Shown here piece after piece: positions 24,635-37,350 of a stretch of DNA of 64,000 bases. Numbering within the stretch: the stretch's first letter is position 1; every line of letters starts with the position of its first letter. The stretch is from the NCBI GenBank assembly GCA_050084515.1, contig CM114271.1, positions 21,638,001-21,702,000 of the forward strand, in the 5' to 3' direction. The translations under genes and the position numbers were made by a program. Origin of the DNA: Blasia pusilla. Lineage: Eukaryota. Under the pieces are notes generated by a model. That model was not told the origin of the DNA. It did not search any database and was given only the letters and a program-made list of their open reading frames with translations.

Positions 24635-27600
24635 TTACTCAGGAATTTCTGCCTCATCCCCAAAGTGTAGCCAATCCCAGTTTGCAATCTCTTTCTCCTT
24701 CATTCCTACACTTGCTCCTACATTATCCTGACCCTCCCAAGATTCAGACTCATCAACGACGCCCTCATATCGTGCTGCCATCTCAGCCGCTTCTCTGAAT
24801 ACTCTCTACATTACAAATGCAGCAAACATCCACACCAACTTAGTAGGATGCGAAGTCTTCACACAGCTCTATTTTTTTACAGTCAACCATCATGAGATCC
24901 CACCGGATTCAGGATGTATTCTGACTCATGAATTCTCCTACTAGCAGTTTTTCTTTCTGCGCTATGAAGCAGATTTAGTGCTGGGGTTTCATGCAAATCT
25001 CTCCCTCCCTGATCAAAGATAATGAAAAATTTGCTGTAGTTTCTCTTGGGTGGTCTGATTCGCTCTCCTTGTAATTTTGCTGTCCTGCAGTGGAACATGA
25101 TCTGACTACAGAGCAAGATAGTGGAGATTCTTGCTGAAAGAGGATTCACTGGTTTGACTGTTGATTCTACCTAAACTGATGTGAGTCTACCTGGACGTGA
25201 GTCACGTGTGTGAGATTCTGTCTGGGCAGTCAAAATGAGCAGGCTAAATTCGTGAGAATGGCTAAAATTCAAAGATCTGCCAATGAGGGTCTATAACATA
25301 GATAATGAGCCAGAATCTTGGAAAAACAAAAGTACCTCTTTATCCTGGAGAATGAGCCCTCTAGTGCTTTCCAAATCTGCAGTGCTGCAGGGATAAAAGC
25401 CAAAAGCAATCAGTCTCTATTTCTGACCATAATAACACAAAAATCTTCATTCCGTTCAATGCTGGATTAAAAATTTCCTCCCATCCTCCTACACAGTAAT
25501 CATCAGGTGAGTAATGTTTGCCCTAATATCACCCAAACTAGAACAAGCAATACAAGTTGAGGCGACTGAAAATGGGACACAGAGCAAACGACTCCTTACC
25601 TCAGTGCAATTCTGTGAGGAACAGGAGATTTCACCACCAGCGCTTTGACCTTCTCTCCAACAGAAAACACTTCCTCTATATCTTTCACTCGAGTGCACGA
25701 AATGTTGGATATGTGGATCATACCCCTGCAAGGAAAACCAAAGTGGCCTCACTTGAGAATTACAATAAATTCAACTGAAGATAGAAACTATTGCCATGCT
25801 GCTGGTTACTGCACCAAGCCTTGGTTCGAGAGCTAGAATTTCACAAAATGAGTGCCCCTTCAGCATGGAGCTTGATCTGAGGTGGCCTTATAATTACACC
25901 TGCGTATCTGCTTGTCTACTGGATACTTGGAATACACAAATTCTGAAAATTGACACTTCGTTATAGAATACAAGCTGTGATTCTCTGTGGTGCAGAGTAA
26001 TTTCACAACTTCATCTGGGAAGGTTCCTCACTCCAGTTATCATTGATGCAGCTAGGAAGTAGACCCCATGAGGTACTGCTGGTTTGAAAGACTGGCTACT
26101 ACGCAGTGCCACCTGTAGCTCTCCCACTAAAGATTAGTGCTCTGCATGGCTGGTAAAGACAGTCTTTTGGAACTACAGTGTGCTCCATATGTTAACAATT
26201 AATCAATTTATTGTAGCTTTACTGTTAACTGGTGGTAAGAAAAGCTGAGGTTCTTAGAGACAGGAATATCAAGAAACATACCGTAATGATGTGCCAGCTA
26301 TGCTGATTTCTACTCCAAAAGGAAAGATCTTTACAACAGTTCCCTCAAGCAGTGCTCCAGGGCGAAGGTTCCTCCAACCCTGTGGGAGGGCAGCAATTTG
26401 GACAAATTCTATTACACAAAAAAACAAAGGAACCAATCCAATGTACTGACAGTTGCCAAGCTCAAGGAATCTTTTTTGTAAATCCGTGTTATGTCTACTT
26501 ATATTCTTACTGTAAACATGGAAGAAATCTTACCCATGCTCGTTTCTCACTCACAATCAGCTTCCTTGAAGCTTCATCAACCTCTGTGATCAACACATAA
26601 ATCCGCTCCCCAACCTATCACAGTTGGAGAGACTCACACAACTGAGAAAAAAAAAAAAATTAAACTGCATTCCAGTGACAGAAACTGCCTTGGTGCACAT
26701 TGAAAGGCTCCAGCTCTCAAAGCCAGTTTCAGAGCATGGATCAGAGGAAAACTGGACTGATCGAAAAATTGTTGAACTGAAAAGAAAGCCGCTAGGCAAA
26801 GCGTAGATGTCACTAGATATCACATACTTTTAGGACATGGTTGATCCAAGCGCCATAGGCAGGAACTCTCAACTCACATTCAAGCAGAGAATTTGTGAAG
26901 CAGCCAAGTTCCTAGCTTCATTTAACCAGGCTCTTTCATGAAGTAACAGAGACATCTCTAACTCTGGTCATGAAGACAAACAACAACAGCAGCAGAATAT
27001 GACATGTTCAACTTACCATCCCCTTCAGAGAATTTGTGCTGTTTGTTCGATTGAGAAACTGGTTGATGGGTAAAAACGCCCGAATGCCCTACAGCCAAGC
27101 CACTATAAGCGGACAATTCGACAGTCTCAAGATATGAATCTCCAACTGAGTCGATTTACCATCTTGGAACTCTTAAGAGCTCTTTATTTATTGCTGCACA
27201 TAATCCTACAGACACCGCATACCTCGATCATGCCAACTAGTCCACCGGAATTCCACTCCAAGATATGCAACTCGAATGGCTCATTCTGTTCTTGAATCTG
27301 CAGATAGGGGAGAGAATCACGAAGATAAGAAGTATTTCTCCAGAAATGGAAGGTCTAAGCAGATTTAGTGAGACCCATCGTTAGGTACCAGTTGTGAAAA
27401 TTCGGGAAAAAAAGTATTAGACAAACACTTGAGTACAAAGAATTTAGAACTAGGGTACTAAAAGTTTGGGATTCCATAGATGAGAACTGGTATGCTTTCG
27501 ATCATTAAGCAAAGCAATTCACACATTCAGGTATAAGAAACCTCCATTTCTCAAGGACGCCCAGAGAGACGTTTCGAAGATTGCCTCTCCAGACGGGGAT

Positions 27601-28754
27601 GTGATCCCCGCCACTAAGCTGCAAGATTCGTTACAAGATAATAATTTGGCTTGTACCTGCCGAACACGCTCCCAGGCTATTGAGTTCGCGACTTTCCTGC
27701 TCGATAGTAACGGCCTTCCACTCAAAGTCATGCCCCGCACTTCTAGATTCAGAACCGAGCCAACTTCTACAATCGGCCCTCTTCTTGACGTGATTTTGAA
27801 AGCCTCTTCCTCACTCACGATCCTAAACTGACCGACGGGAGGGTCTTGCATTTTCTCCCCTTCATCTTCCTTAAGCTCCCAGAAGTGCTCATCTGATTTG
27901 AATGAGTCCAGAGGATAAACGTCCTTCGTAAGAAGACGCCCTAGCTGTTCAGAACCGATGTCAACGTCGAGTTTGTACTCGTTGCCAGATAGTACCAACC
28001 CCATCACTTCATCTCCAGCTTTTGGAACGTAATACTCAAGGTCTTCCAATTCCACGGGTTTGGGGGCATCGCGTTTAATGAAAGGGAATGAAGCCGACAT
28101 GTCGAAGTCATCGGAAGGAATCAGGTCACCGAGATCTTGTGAGGGCCTTCGGACACCGAGGGATCCCCTCCTTCGTTGCTTCTTCAGAGCTTTAATTTCC
28201 TCTGTGAAAAAGGGGATTTCGTCATCAGCGGGCCATACATTTTCGTCATCTTCCTCTGGTACATCCTGACTGAAACCATTTCCATTGCCAACTCCGGATT
28301 CCTCTACATTTCTTATCAGAGATTCTGATCTATCTTGAAGAGGCTTACCATCCCTTGTCTTATTTCCCATTCTTCCCAGTCCGTTACCCAAAATTTCTGG
28401 TTCAGTTCTCGACGATGTGCTCAAGCTCTCCAGTCCTCCGTCCCTTCCCACACTTCTCCATTCATCGGAAGGAGTCTCAGGCAAGCAAACCTCTTCGACA
28501 TCCGTAAGCGAAGCGGATTGTACACCGGGGTCGTCGACGTCGGCCAATGTCGCCGCAGGACTGCAAGAACTTGATTTTGCAGTCCGTCGCTTTCCTCCCA
28601 ATTTCAGGACCTGCTGGCCACAATATAGCATGCGGCATGTTCCAGATGATCTTTGCAACGGCAGGGCGACGGACTGCAAACTGCGGAAACTAATAGGCCG
28701 CGGGTAGGGAGCAGCAACGGCGCAGTACGACGTGCCCCCGGGATGGACAAACAT
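24635..28754 (-). CDS. PDE338: Chloroplast-targeted S1-domain RNA-binding protein (PDE338/RLSB/BSF-like)
   Basis: Exons are 28754-27657, 27297-27223, 27088-27017, 26614-26534, 26379-26282, 25725-25600, 25384-25336 and 24805-24635; all are GT-AG and in frame. The N-terminus is Ser/Arg-rich and transit-peptide-like. S1 repeats include YYVPKAGDEVMGLVLSGNEYKLDVDIG, EWNSGGL..EGIRAFLP and LEGTVVKIFPFG..GMIHISNIS. The C-terminus carries ANWDWLHF. Confidence 0.88.
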
Positions 28755-28918
28755 GGCGAGCGATGAACAATTCCCCCAATTTCACACGTCTCCTACTCCT
28801 AATCCCACCACAATCCCGTGTATTTTTCTGCTCCCAACATGGAGTGTCGCGTCGTCCCCAGACCTCCAATCTCGCGTCCCGTAAACAATCTGTGATCTCG
28901 ATCCCCAGAACTGACAGT

Positions 28919-28932
28919 AAACCCTAAACCCT
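28919..28932 (+). promoter_or_regulatory. Telo-box-like motif (AAACCCTAAACCCT) in the PDE338-like 5' region
   Basis: The motif is seen ~170 bp upstream of the ATG. Telo-boxes are known in promoters and 5'UTRs of plant translation/RNA-metabolism genes; function here is untested. Confidence 0.4.
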
Positions 28933-30353
28933 CACCCTCCTCTACTGATCCTCCGTTCGTTTGTTCACGCATATTATCGGTGATATGAGGACCCGGCACC
29001 CTGTCCGCTACAACTTCCTTCTCCGGTGGACCGCAGTCATTCGCTGTCTGTCCTAGGAAATTACTGTGAGGAAACAGAACCAGCGAAACTTCTGATAAGT
29101 TAGTTTCGGACCGAAGACCGTCGGATCTTCGAAGCAACGGCCGATTCACATGCACTTGGGTTGGATGGGATCTTGAGGACCATGGAGATGCATGGACGAT
29201 CCACCCGAACGTCGTGAGTGACGAGAACGTAAAATCATTCAAAGACGGATTGTAGGGTCGGACGTTCGAATCACTCAAATTCCGTCCGCCCCGTCGGCGG
29301 TGAGAGCTTACCTATTACTCACGGTCGCCCAAGTCCACTACTGGTCTATTAGGGCCACTCGCTTGTGTCCCGTGGGGTCGGACGGGGGCTCCCGTCGAGG
29401 CGGGTTACGGCCATGAGCCGTTCTCTTCCACGGCAGCCCAAAGTTGGCTCCCGTTTCCCCTCAACGGCGATAACAGAAATGCCCGTCTCAGGAGAGGGTT
29501 TGGCAGGTTTTCAAACTCGATGGGCAGGGCATTTTTTACTAGATCGTGGAGGTGGGCAGATTGTAGTAGAGCACGCTTATGAGGAGGTGGGCAGATTGAG
29601 GTAGATCATGCTGAAGAAGGTGGGCAAGGGAGATCACGTTGATGAAGGTAGTAGTTCATATAGTAGTTCATAGACGCTAGAGCATACTTACAACCAAATT
29701 TTGAGTGATCAATCAGGTATATGAGTTGCAAAGCTCCACTCTACCGACGAAAAGCAAATGACGTGTGTCAATCGTTGCATGATATTTTTTTCTGGTGCCA
29801 CACTTTGGATCTGAGCAATCCCGTCCTACATGAAGTCGCCTCTACCATTGCCCCGACTCAAGCTTACTTGACTACTTTCATAGTCATGCTATGGAAATGG
29901 TGAATTGTAGTTGGGGGCAGGACCTCAAAATTTTGAGAATTTCTTCCAATTCTCTTCATCATCTGAGCAGTATGTATTCCCCAGCTAATTCAGTGTCTTA
30001 CTCCAAGTTTGGTTGCTGTTCCTAGCTATTTGATGATTGAAGATTGAATATGGGGAAGAGAATGATTGAAATGGGCTTTTTAAACCTTTGATGAGCTGCA
30101 CCCTTCCCACATGTAGAAATCCTCATTGATATGTAAATGATTTATCATAACACATCAGCATGAAACTAAACCTAATTCAAGCTACCTTGAAATATTCCTT
30201 GTTTGTCACACTGCTATATTTTATATTTCCCTAGTTCCTTCCAAGCATGTGATATGTGTGTTGGTTCAACCTACATCTAATGCTATAAGTGAATAACATG
30301 TGGTTGTGCTTAAAACCAGAGATTGCTTCGTGGCAAAAACTATGCTCAACACC

Positions 30354-31755
30354 ATGCCAAAATTATCAGATCGGCAAGACATTCTCAAGACCATGGAACT
30401 CAATTTACAAGCATAGATTATTGGTGGCGATTGAGAGGATTATGAGTTAGACTCGAGTGAATCAGACTTTGTGGCATCTAACAATGAAGGTGATCTCGAC
30501 CTCAGAGAAGAGCATGAGTACCTTGCACTTGAAGAATCGGAGGATGATGAGTATGAGTTGGGAGGAGACATGATTGAACTCTACTCGATCATATCTGGAA
30601 GTAGGTACTTGAACCACCGGGCAGGTATTGCGAAAAGCAAGGACTACATTGAAAACTTTTTCTTCAACTTGCCTCCTGCTGGTTTTAGGCAAATGAAACT
30701 AGACACTTTTCAAGAACTTGTATCCTTGATTGAAGACCATCAAGTATTTCACACACCAAATTACAACTTCCAAGCTAATGTGGAAGTACAATTGGCAGTT
30801 ACATTGGACCGTTTAGGCCATAACGGTAATGGTGCATGCCTTTCCCGTTCTGTCTTCTTTTGGGGAATATCACAGAGTTCCATGATCAACTACACGAGGA
30901 GATGCATGCAAGCATTGGTAGACATACTCAAAAGTGAAGTCCAATGGCCACATCAATTGGAGCGTGCAAGGATTTCCTAGTTGTGTTGGGTTGATAGACG
31001 GAACACTACTCAAGCTGAGTCAACGACCAAAGAACTCTTGAGAGACCTACTTTGATAGAAAGTCTAACTACTCCTTGAATGCGCAAATAGTCTATGATGA
31101 CAGAAGGCGTGTAGTGTAATCTACATTTTCATAAGTCAAGTTCACTATCTCTCAACTTTGAATTCCAACTTAAGATAAGAAAAATTGTATTCTCATAATT
31201 TATCTTGTATTTGTCATAGGTATGTTGGGGTCGGTCCAAGACTTCACATGCTTGAAGCGTTCAGGTTTGTGGGAAGGGATGAACTAAGCACACTATTTTG
31301 ACAGAGATCAATACCTCTTGGGGGATAGTGGATACTCACCACTACCACATTTGGTCCCTGCTTTCCGTATGGCTTCCGGGAACAAAGATAAGGAGGATTT
31401 CAATTTTTGCCTTGCACACGCAAGGGTCGTCAACGAGCATTGTATTGGTGTACTTAAATCGAGGTGGCATTCTCTTCGTGAATTGAGAACGCATCTAGTT
31501 GAAGCACCTAGTAGCAAGCATGTAGTGAGGTGGATAACTTGTTGTGCAATCCTCCATAACTTTGTTACGAATAGAAATGACTTGTGGACGGATGTCGATG
31601 AGGATATCTTACTGGAATTAGAACCGGAGCACGCCGTTGGAGAGAATCTCACACCACAAAACCTGAGAGACAAGGGTCTGCACATCCGTGATGATGTCAT
31701 GAACACTTGTTTGAGTTTCCACAAGCAACCGCGTGGACTTCTCCGCCAAGGTTGA
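30354..31755 (+). pseudogene. Harbinger-type (DDE_Tnp_4) transposase pseudogene with one probable intron (~31120-31219)
   Basis: It starts MPKLSDRQ and contains QLAVTLDRLGHNGNG (HTH region). Catalytic motifs are CVGLIDGT, YFDRKSNYSLNAQIV, GSVQD, LGDSGY, ARVVNEHCIGVLKSRW and CCAILHNF. There are in-frame stops and a frameshift near 30980. Confidence 0.88.
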
Positions 31756-32273
31756 GCAATAGCCCTTGGTTGAAGTACAAGTCAAGGACGCTAGTAGTGG
31801 AGACTAGATTAGGAGCACTCACCAAGGGCTTGATATAGATTGAAGTTCTACTTTCTAATTTCATCTTTCTCTGAGAAATAAAATTAAGTGGATCATGATT
31901 TCTTGCATTGAAGTTTTACATGGTCTTTGCGTGTGGCCAACAATGGTCTAGGTTCAAGCTCGTTCATTCTCTCAAGCATTATAGCCACTTGAAAAAGGAG
32001 TGCATCTGAGAGTTAAGCATCTAAGTGTGATCAGAGAGTATATTCCAACTTAGAATGTAGGGAGGGTAGCAACTTCAGTCCATGGTCTCAATGTTCACCT
32101 TGAATACCAACTCACAACAGGTAGTTGGAGTTGCTTGTGGAGTTGCAACCTTCTAGGAAGTTGTGAATTCCATATAGTGAGAAAAAAAATGTGTTGGCTC
32201 GAAACATGATAAAGCCTGCTATGGGAACAATCATCAAATTCCTGATCCACAAGGATAACCCCAGAGACAACCT

Positions 32274-32757
32274 TGTCACATCTGAGTAGCCGATAGGCCA
32301 AGATCTATCGTGGATAGGGCGTAGGAGCCAGCGGACTATCTTGAGTGTAACTTTGTCCCAAGGTGTCGGATGAGGTTGAGGATAGGTCCATTATGTCAGG
32401 AACGTTGTTTTTTATAACTTTCATGTTGAGGTCTTTTACAGCCGGGTGACTTGTTGACCAGGTCAGCCGCCCCCAGTAACCTATGCGCGTAGGTTACCAA
32501 GGGGAGGGCTATTTTTAGGGGAAGAGCCTTTTGGCTCTTCCCAACCCTATATAAGTGAGGAAGCTGGCTTTCCTAATCCATCTTTATCATGTTGGGCCGT
32601 TGGAGCACCTCCCTTGTATGTGTGTGAGATAGGACTAGGATGCTAGCGTCGAGATTCCTTGATAGCACAGGGTGGACGAGACTCGATATGCCGATGTAGA
32701 TTGAGGAGTGAAGTTTTAGGCCGGGTGTGCCGTTTTTACTACTCTTTATTTTTACAT
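32274..32757 (+). mobile_element. Complete-looking LTR (TG...CA, ~484 bp) nested in the PHIS element
   Basis: It begins TGTCACA and ends TTTTACA, with an internal TATA box (ccctatataag). A second copy is at 19562-20080. Confidence 0.65.
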
Positions 32758-33399
32758 GAGAAAGATGTCGGGGGGCTAGTGGGAATTCGTTGTTTGCAGG
32801 TAGGCAAGCAAGTTGCCTTGGTCGGGAGCCCGTGGAGACGTTGCTTGGCGTCGTATTTGTTATTTTTATGTTCAGAAGGTCGTGGGCGGAAGCGCTGTCC
32901 ATTTTTCTCAGATTTTGCTGGTGCGGATTGATGGGGGACAGCAGAAGGGTGTAGGGCAGGTTGTGACGGCAGGTATAGCGTCGTGTAATAGCGGGAATGT
33001 CGGGATTTAGCAGGAAGGAGAGTTAGGGCTTGCAGCCGCCGGGGGGCTGTCAAGTAAAGGGTGGCTAGGTCGCGAAGGCTAGGGTTAGGCGACGGCGGGC
33101 GATCGTTCCCCCTCCAACGTGGTAGGACCAAACATGGTTGGATGGCGACGTGGTTGAGAGTCCGCATGTGGTCGAGATCATGTCCACGTGGTCAGATTGG
33201 GCGTACGTGGTAGGTGGGAGCCGGCCAGGGTGAGTCAGGTTACATGCCGCGAGTGGGGATGGACGGAGAGCTTTGCGCGACATGATGTTTTTGAGGTGCG
33301 ACAAGGCGTTGCGAGAGTTGACGATGGAGGGGCAGTGTGCATGATGCCGATAGGTTGTCCGCATCTGTTGACGGGAGGATCGAAGTGTTGGTCGAGAAG

Positions 33400-33730
33400 A
33401 GTGTTGTGGTGCGAAGGTTGTCATATCACGTGGAGGAGTGCATGTTGACGGTGCAATAGGTTGGAGGGCATTATCAAGTTACCCATTCGAGTCCCTTTTC
33501 CCGCACTTATCATGTGTGATTGAGAGTGCTAGGTATCAGGTAGTAGCTGGTGCTAGGTGGGTGCAGTGATGGTAACGAGTGTAGATTTTATTCATGTGTA
33601 GCATGTTGGTGGATATACGGTTGTTGCCGAGTAGGGGTCGCGTGTATGATCCGAGAGAGTGTCGCTAGGTTAGGTGAGTCAGTTGGGAGGCTCATGGTGA
33701 GCCCGAGTGTTGAGTGTGCGTGAGGCCGGG
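33400..33730. repeat. Unclassified repeat shared with 63480-63830
   Basis: Shared blocks are 'gagtgttgagtgtgc(g/a)tgaggccg' and 'ccgagtagggg'. Confidence 0.5.
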
Positions 33731-33804
33731 CAGGGCACCCTCAAAGGGTTATATACAGCCAAGAGAATTAGTTTATAGGTTTTAGGGTTAGGGCCTGCCG
33801 CCCA

Positions 33805-34388
33805 TAGTAATTTTCAGAATTACTGAGGTAACTCTATGGTAACAAGAAATTACTATCTATTGTGATAAAACACTAAGTTGCTATAGTAACTCTATCAGTT
33901 ACTTTTCACTATAGTAAACTCTAAGTCACTATGTTTTACAACACTCCCACTTAACTGGAGTTTAATATAAGACCCATCTTCTGAGCACATTTGTTGTGCT
34001 TTTCTCTTGACAATGCCTTTGTCAATACATCAACTGTCATATCCTCTGTAGGACAATATACTACTTGGACTATTTGCTCATTTTCTTTCTCCTCTATAAA
34101 TCTTCTTATAATATTTATATGCTTAGTCCTAGGATGATGAACATGATTCTTGAGAAGACTTATACTTCCTGTCTCATCACAATACAATACAATACAATTC
34201 CATCATTCCGCTTATAACAAACCTCCTCAAGCAATCTCCTTAGCCAAACTACTTCTTGAGTAGCATTTGAAGTTGCCATAATCTCAACTTCTGTTGTGGA
34301 CAAGGCAACAAATATTTGTTGCTTGCTGCGCCAACTGATAGCACCACCACTCAATGTAAATACATATCCACCAGTAGAGTTGTTGTTG
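33805..34388 (-). mobile_element. Ty1/Copia 3' fragment: RNase H, PPT and start of 3' LTR
   Basis: Translation gives STGGYVFTLSGGAISWRSKQQ..ALSTTEVE, YCDETGSISL..HPRTKHINI and MTVDVLTKAL. The stop at 33951 is followed by PPT GTGGGAG and an LTR start TGTTG at 33943. Confidence 0.88.
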
Positions 34389-34826
34389 TCTTGTAGCTAT
34401 CTTGTAGCTATCCACATATCTGTCATATTTCTTTTGAAGTACGTTAGCACTGAGCAGAGTGGGAAATCCAACATTTTTCAAGTGGATTGCCATGATACCA
34501 AAGGCCGTTGTCCTGGTTTGATTCTTCGCCCCAACCTTAGTCTTATTTCCACTACCATGCAAGGCGGAAAAATTTATGGGGTCTTCCAAGTACTCCACGA
34601 TCCGTTCATAATCAGCCAGCGACAACCTCCATCTTTGTTGCTTCCCTGCAAAAATATATTTCTTCACAACTCCTTGCCCACCCATGTTGGCCCCACTCTC
34701 AACTTGAATTTCCACCTCTGAATTGTCTGTACTCTTACTCTTGAGCACCTGCACTGAATCCCACTCTTCCTCTCGTACACTAAGAGTGGCACACTCTAAA
34801 ATTCTCTCTCCGAGAGTTTTGTCCAT
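34389..34826 (-). pseudogene. PHIS accessory (Myb/SANT-like DNA-binding) ORF, N-terminal part, truncated by the Copia fragment
   Basis: Translation gives RWRLSLADYERIVEYLEDPINFSALHGSG..TRTTAFGIMAIHL..LQKKYDRYVDSYK, a trihelix-like pattern. It lies inside the TIRs, convergent with the transposase. Confidence 0.6.
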
Positions 34827-35511
34827 GATTAGAGCCTTTTAAACATAAATTCTTCTACACTCCACTCATGAAATTTCCCATAATTGTTGTAGGAGGGAAA
34901 CCAACAAGGAGGTAGGAGGGAAACCAGTAGCGGGACAATTCAATTTCAAACAAAATGTAGGACTTTTCTTGAAATCAATCACATTCTCTCCATAATCTAC
35001 GAGCACCGCTCGTGTAATTAGTGACTACACCTTAAATGACCAGCTATACCTATCAGAAGAAAGAATAGCAAAAATCTTGAGGCAGAATATAAGAAATCAA
35101 CAACTTAAAATTGACAATTGAAAGTGCCAACCCAAAATTTTCTCAAACCTCTTAATTTGTATCTATGCCACTCACTAATTATTGGTGCTCTCCACGAGAC
35201 TTAGTAATTCATAGATGTAGCTCTCTTTATCTGAACTGCATGCTCCAAGTATTCAAGTCCAATCTTGACGCTTGCTGAAATGCGCGCTCTTTCATTCAAG
35301 ATCCACTACGGCAAAAGTTGACGGAGTGTGAGAGCAGCGAGAGTGCTTTGGTTTGAGAGCACCCGTCGGCCCAACCTATGCCCGGTATAGCTTATAACGA
35401 GAAGTGTCAAAGCTTACACCCCAATGCCGTTCACATCCCCCGTCCCAACATTACAGGGATTTTTTTTTCCCTGTTGCCCTCGCAACGGATGCAAAAATGA
35501 GTGGCCCTATT

Positions 35512-36140
35512 AGGGCATCTCAAATTTGTGTCCGTAGGTTTGGATGTCTTGTCCATATTTTTATTTGTGGTTTTATGGCAGATCAGGTGTGGGGTGCCGA
35601 AAGATGTCGACTCTCATCTCGCCTCTTAAAACGTAGAGACATGCTCCCGTGACCTTTGTTTACTTCATGTCAAGTGAAAAGTAGGGAACCTCATAAAATC
35701 ATAGACCTTGTGACGTAGATAAATACCTTCCTTCTTTTACGGTCAATATCTTTGGAGACGTTCGAGGACTTACGTCCCACTTTTTGAGGCGCATTGTTTA
35801 GCTCACATGTTTATTTATGGTCAAACATTCAATGGACATCCAAAAAATATATGTTCTAAGAGGATGTCTCATAAATGCACTTTAGGGTTGGGCATTTTTA
35901 TCCGTAAGTTGGTGTATGGTCAAAGATCGTCCGCCATTGCGAGGTGCCGTCGAAGGTAGACGCTCATCTCTTACGGTCAAACGTCCAAGACTATTGTCCA
36001 TGTATTTTACTCACACACCCTAGAAATCATGGAACCTAAGAACATTGAACTTCCTCTGACATAAATGGAGGTCATTTGTATTTGGTGGTCAAAGGTATGA
36101 AGGATGTCAACAAATTTACGTCCTCCAAGTGAGACGCCCT
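35512..36140. mobile_element. 629-bp non-autonomous PHIS element (MITE-like)
   Basis: The ends are AGGGCATCTCA and TGAGACGCCCT (10/11 inverted match), flanked by ATT and AAT. There are five internal (T/C)GGTCAA motifs and no coding capacity. Confidence 0.7.
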
Positions 36141-36143
36141 AAT

Positions 36144-37350
36144 AGGGCTCACTGCATGCTTGCTTGTTAGTGCCTCCTACGGGGATTTCTTGTTGTTGGA
36201 AAAGGCAAGTGTAAGTTGGTTTTTATTTGCACGTAACGGCAACGAGTTGTTTGTTTCCCCATCCCTTTCTTCTCGCTACAATGAGTTCATCTCCTCCTTA
36301 CCAAAGTATCATGGTGCGAGTTTAAGCTGGGAGAGAGGAGCTAGCTTAAGTGAGATCTATATCCATCTTGTTTGAGCATGAGGGGAGGTCATCTAGCTTG
36401 ACGGGAGGAAAAAAAAATAACTATTCATATGATTTTGGGGTGGGAAGGAGAAAAAAAAAGGGGACTTTCCATTACTCACATTCGACCCCATTCTTCTACA
36501 ACTAAAGCTCAAGATTGCTCTCCAATAGTTGACATTGCATGGTGAGAAAACATGTTCTTCCACTCCTCTCCAATTACGCATGTTGTGTTGTAGAGTGGTC
36601 GTAATCTCATTCAACTTGAAATCAATAAAAAAAAATGTGATTGTGAAGGCCATCTATGGATTGCTAGCCAACATACATTTGAAATGACTCCATTCGACAT
36701 CCCCAATAGTGATTAACTTGCATATCATCAAGATTGGAAGGGAATGGTTATCGATTCAAAATTTTCAATTGCTCTTAATATACTTCAAAGAAGTGTATGC
36801 TCCCTTATCATCTCATAAATTATGAGATATTGGAATCATGTTTGTCTCAAGCTAGCTTGATCTTTCAAGGTTGTCCACCACAAGCATCATATGTAACCAA
36901 TTCAACAACCAAACATTAAATATTTGTTATGTCTGAGGAAATTTGCATGACTAAGTTGCAAGTATTGTTATTCATACTACCCAACCAATGGGCTCCTTTT
37001 CTCATCTTGTGAATATCATAAAACATAATCTTATGAACTATCGATGTCTTTCCATGCCCTATCATCTTTTTCTAGGGTAGGAGCACGGGAAAACATGTTG
37101 ACACTTTGAGATAGGAAGGAGTTGCTTTGAGTGATTGATAATGAACTTAAACTCAAGATCATGTGCACAGACAAAGGCAACTCAAAAATGCTTTTCAACA
37201 ACTCACAAATTGATCTTCTTGATGATATAGATAACATAGACCAAGCATTTAGTATGGAGGACCTCCAACTTGAAAACTTGAATAATGATGAGTCTCTTGA
37301 GCTAGAAAGCGACTTGCTGAATATGTATATGTGTACTTAAACCAATAGGT
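36144..37350 (-). mobile_element. Decayed PHIS-like element, copy A (homolog of 41503-42830)
   Basis: It starts AGGGCTCACT right after AAT and is colinear with 41503-42830 throughout. Minus-strand remnants GC.IGYI, HDSNI and DDKGAY resemble Harbinger motifs. The right end was not identified. Confidence 0.55.

Larger units (their letters stand above)
29351..35508 (+). mobile_element. PIF/Harbinger-superfamily (PHIS; Pangu-like) DNA transposon with nested retroelement fragments
   Basis: The TIRs are AGGGCCACTC (29351) and GAGTGGCCCT (ending 35508), with looser similarity continuing to ~24 bp. The identical 3-bp flank ATT sits at 29348-29350 and 35509-35511. The element holds a plus-strand DDE transposase and a convergent minus-strand accessory ORF. 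Confidence 0.8.

Noticed and set aside
28900-28945. CTAAACCCT as a possible telomerase-RNA template
   Set aside because: No USE/TATA Pol III promoter or other TR features were visible. A telo-box in a gene's 5' region is the simpler explanation.
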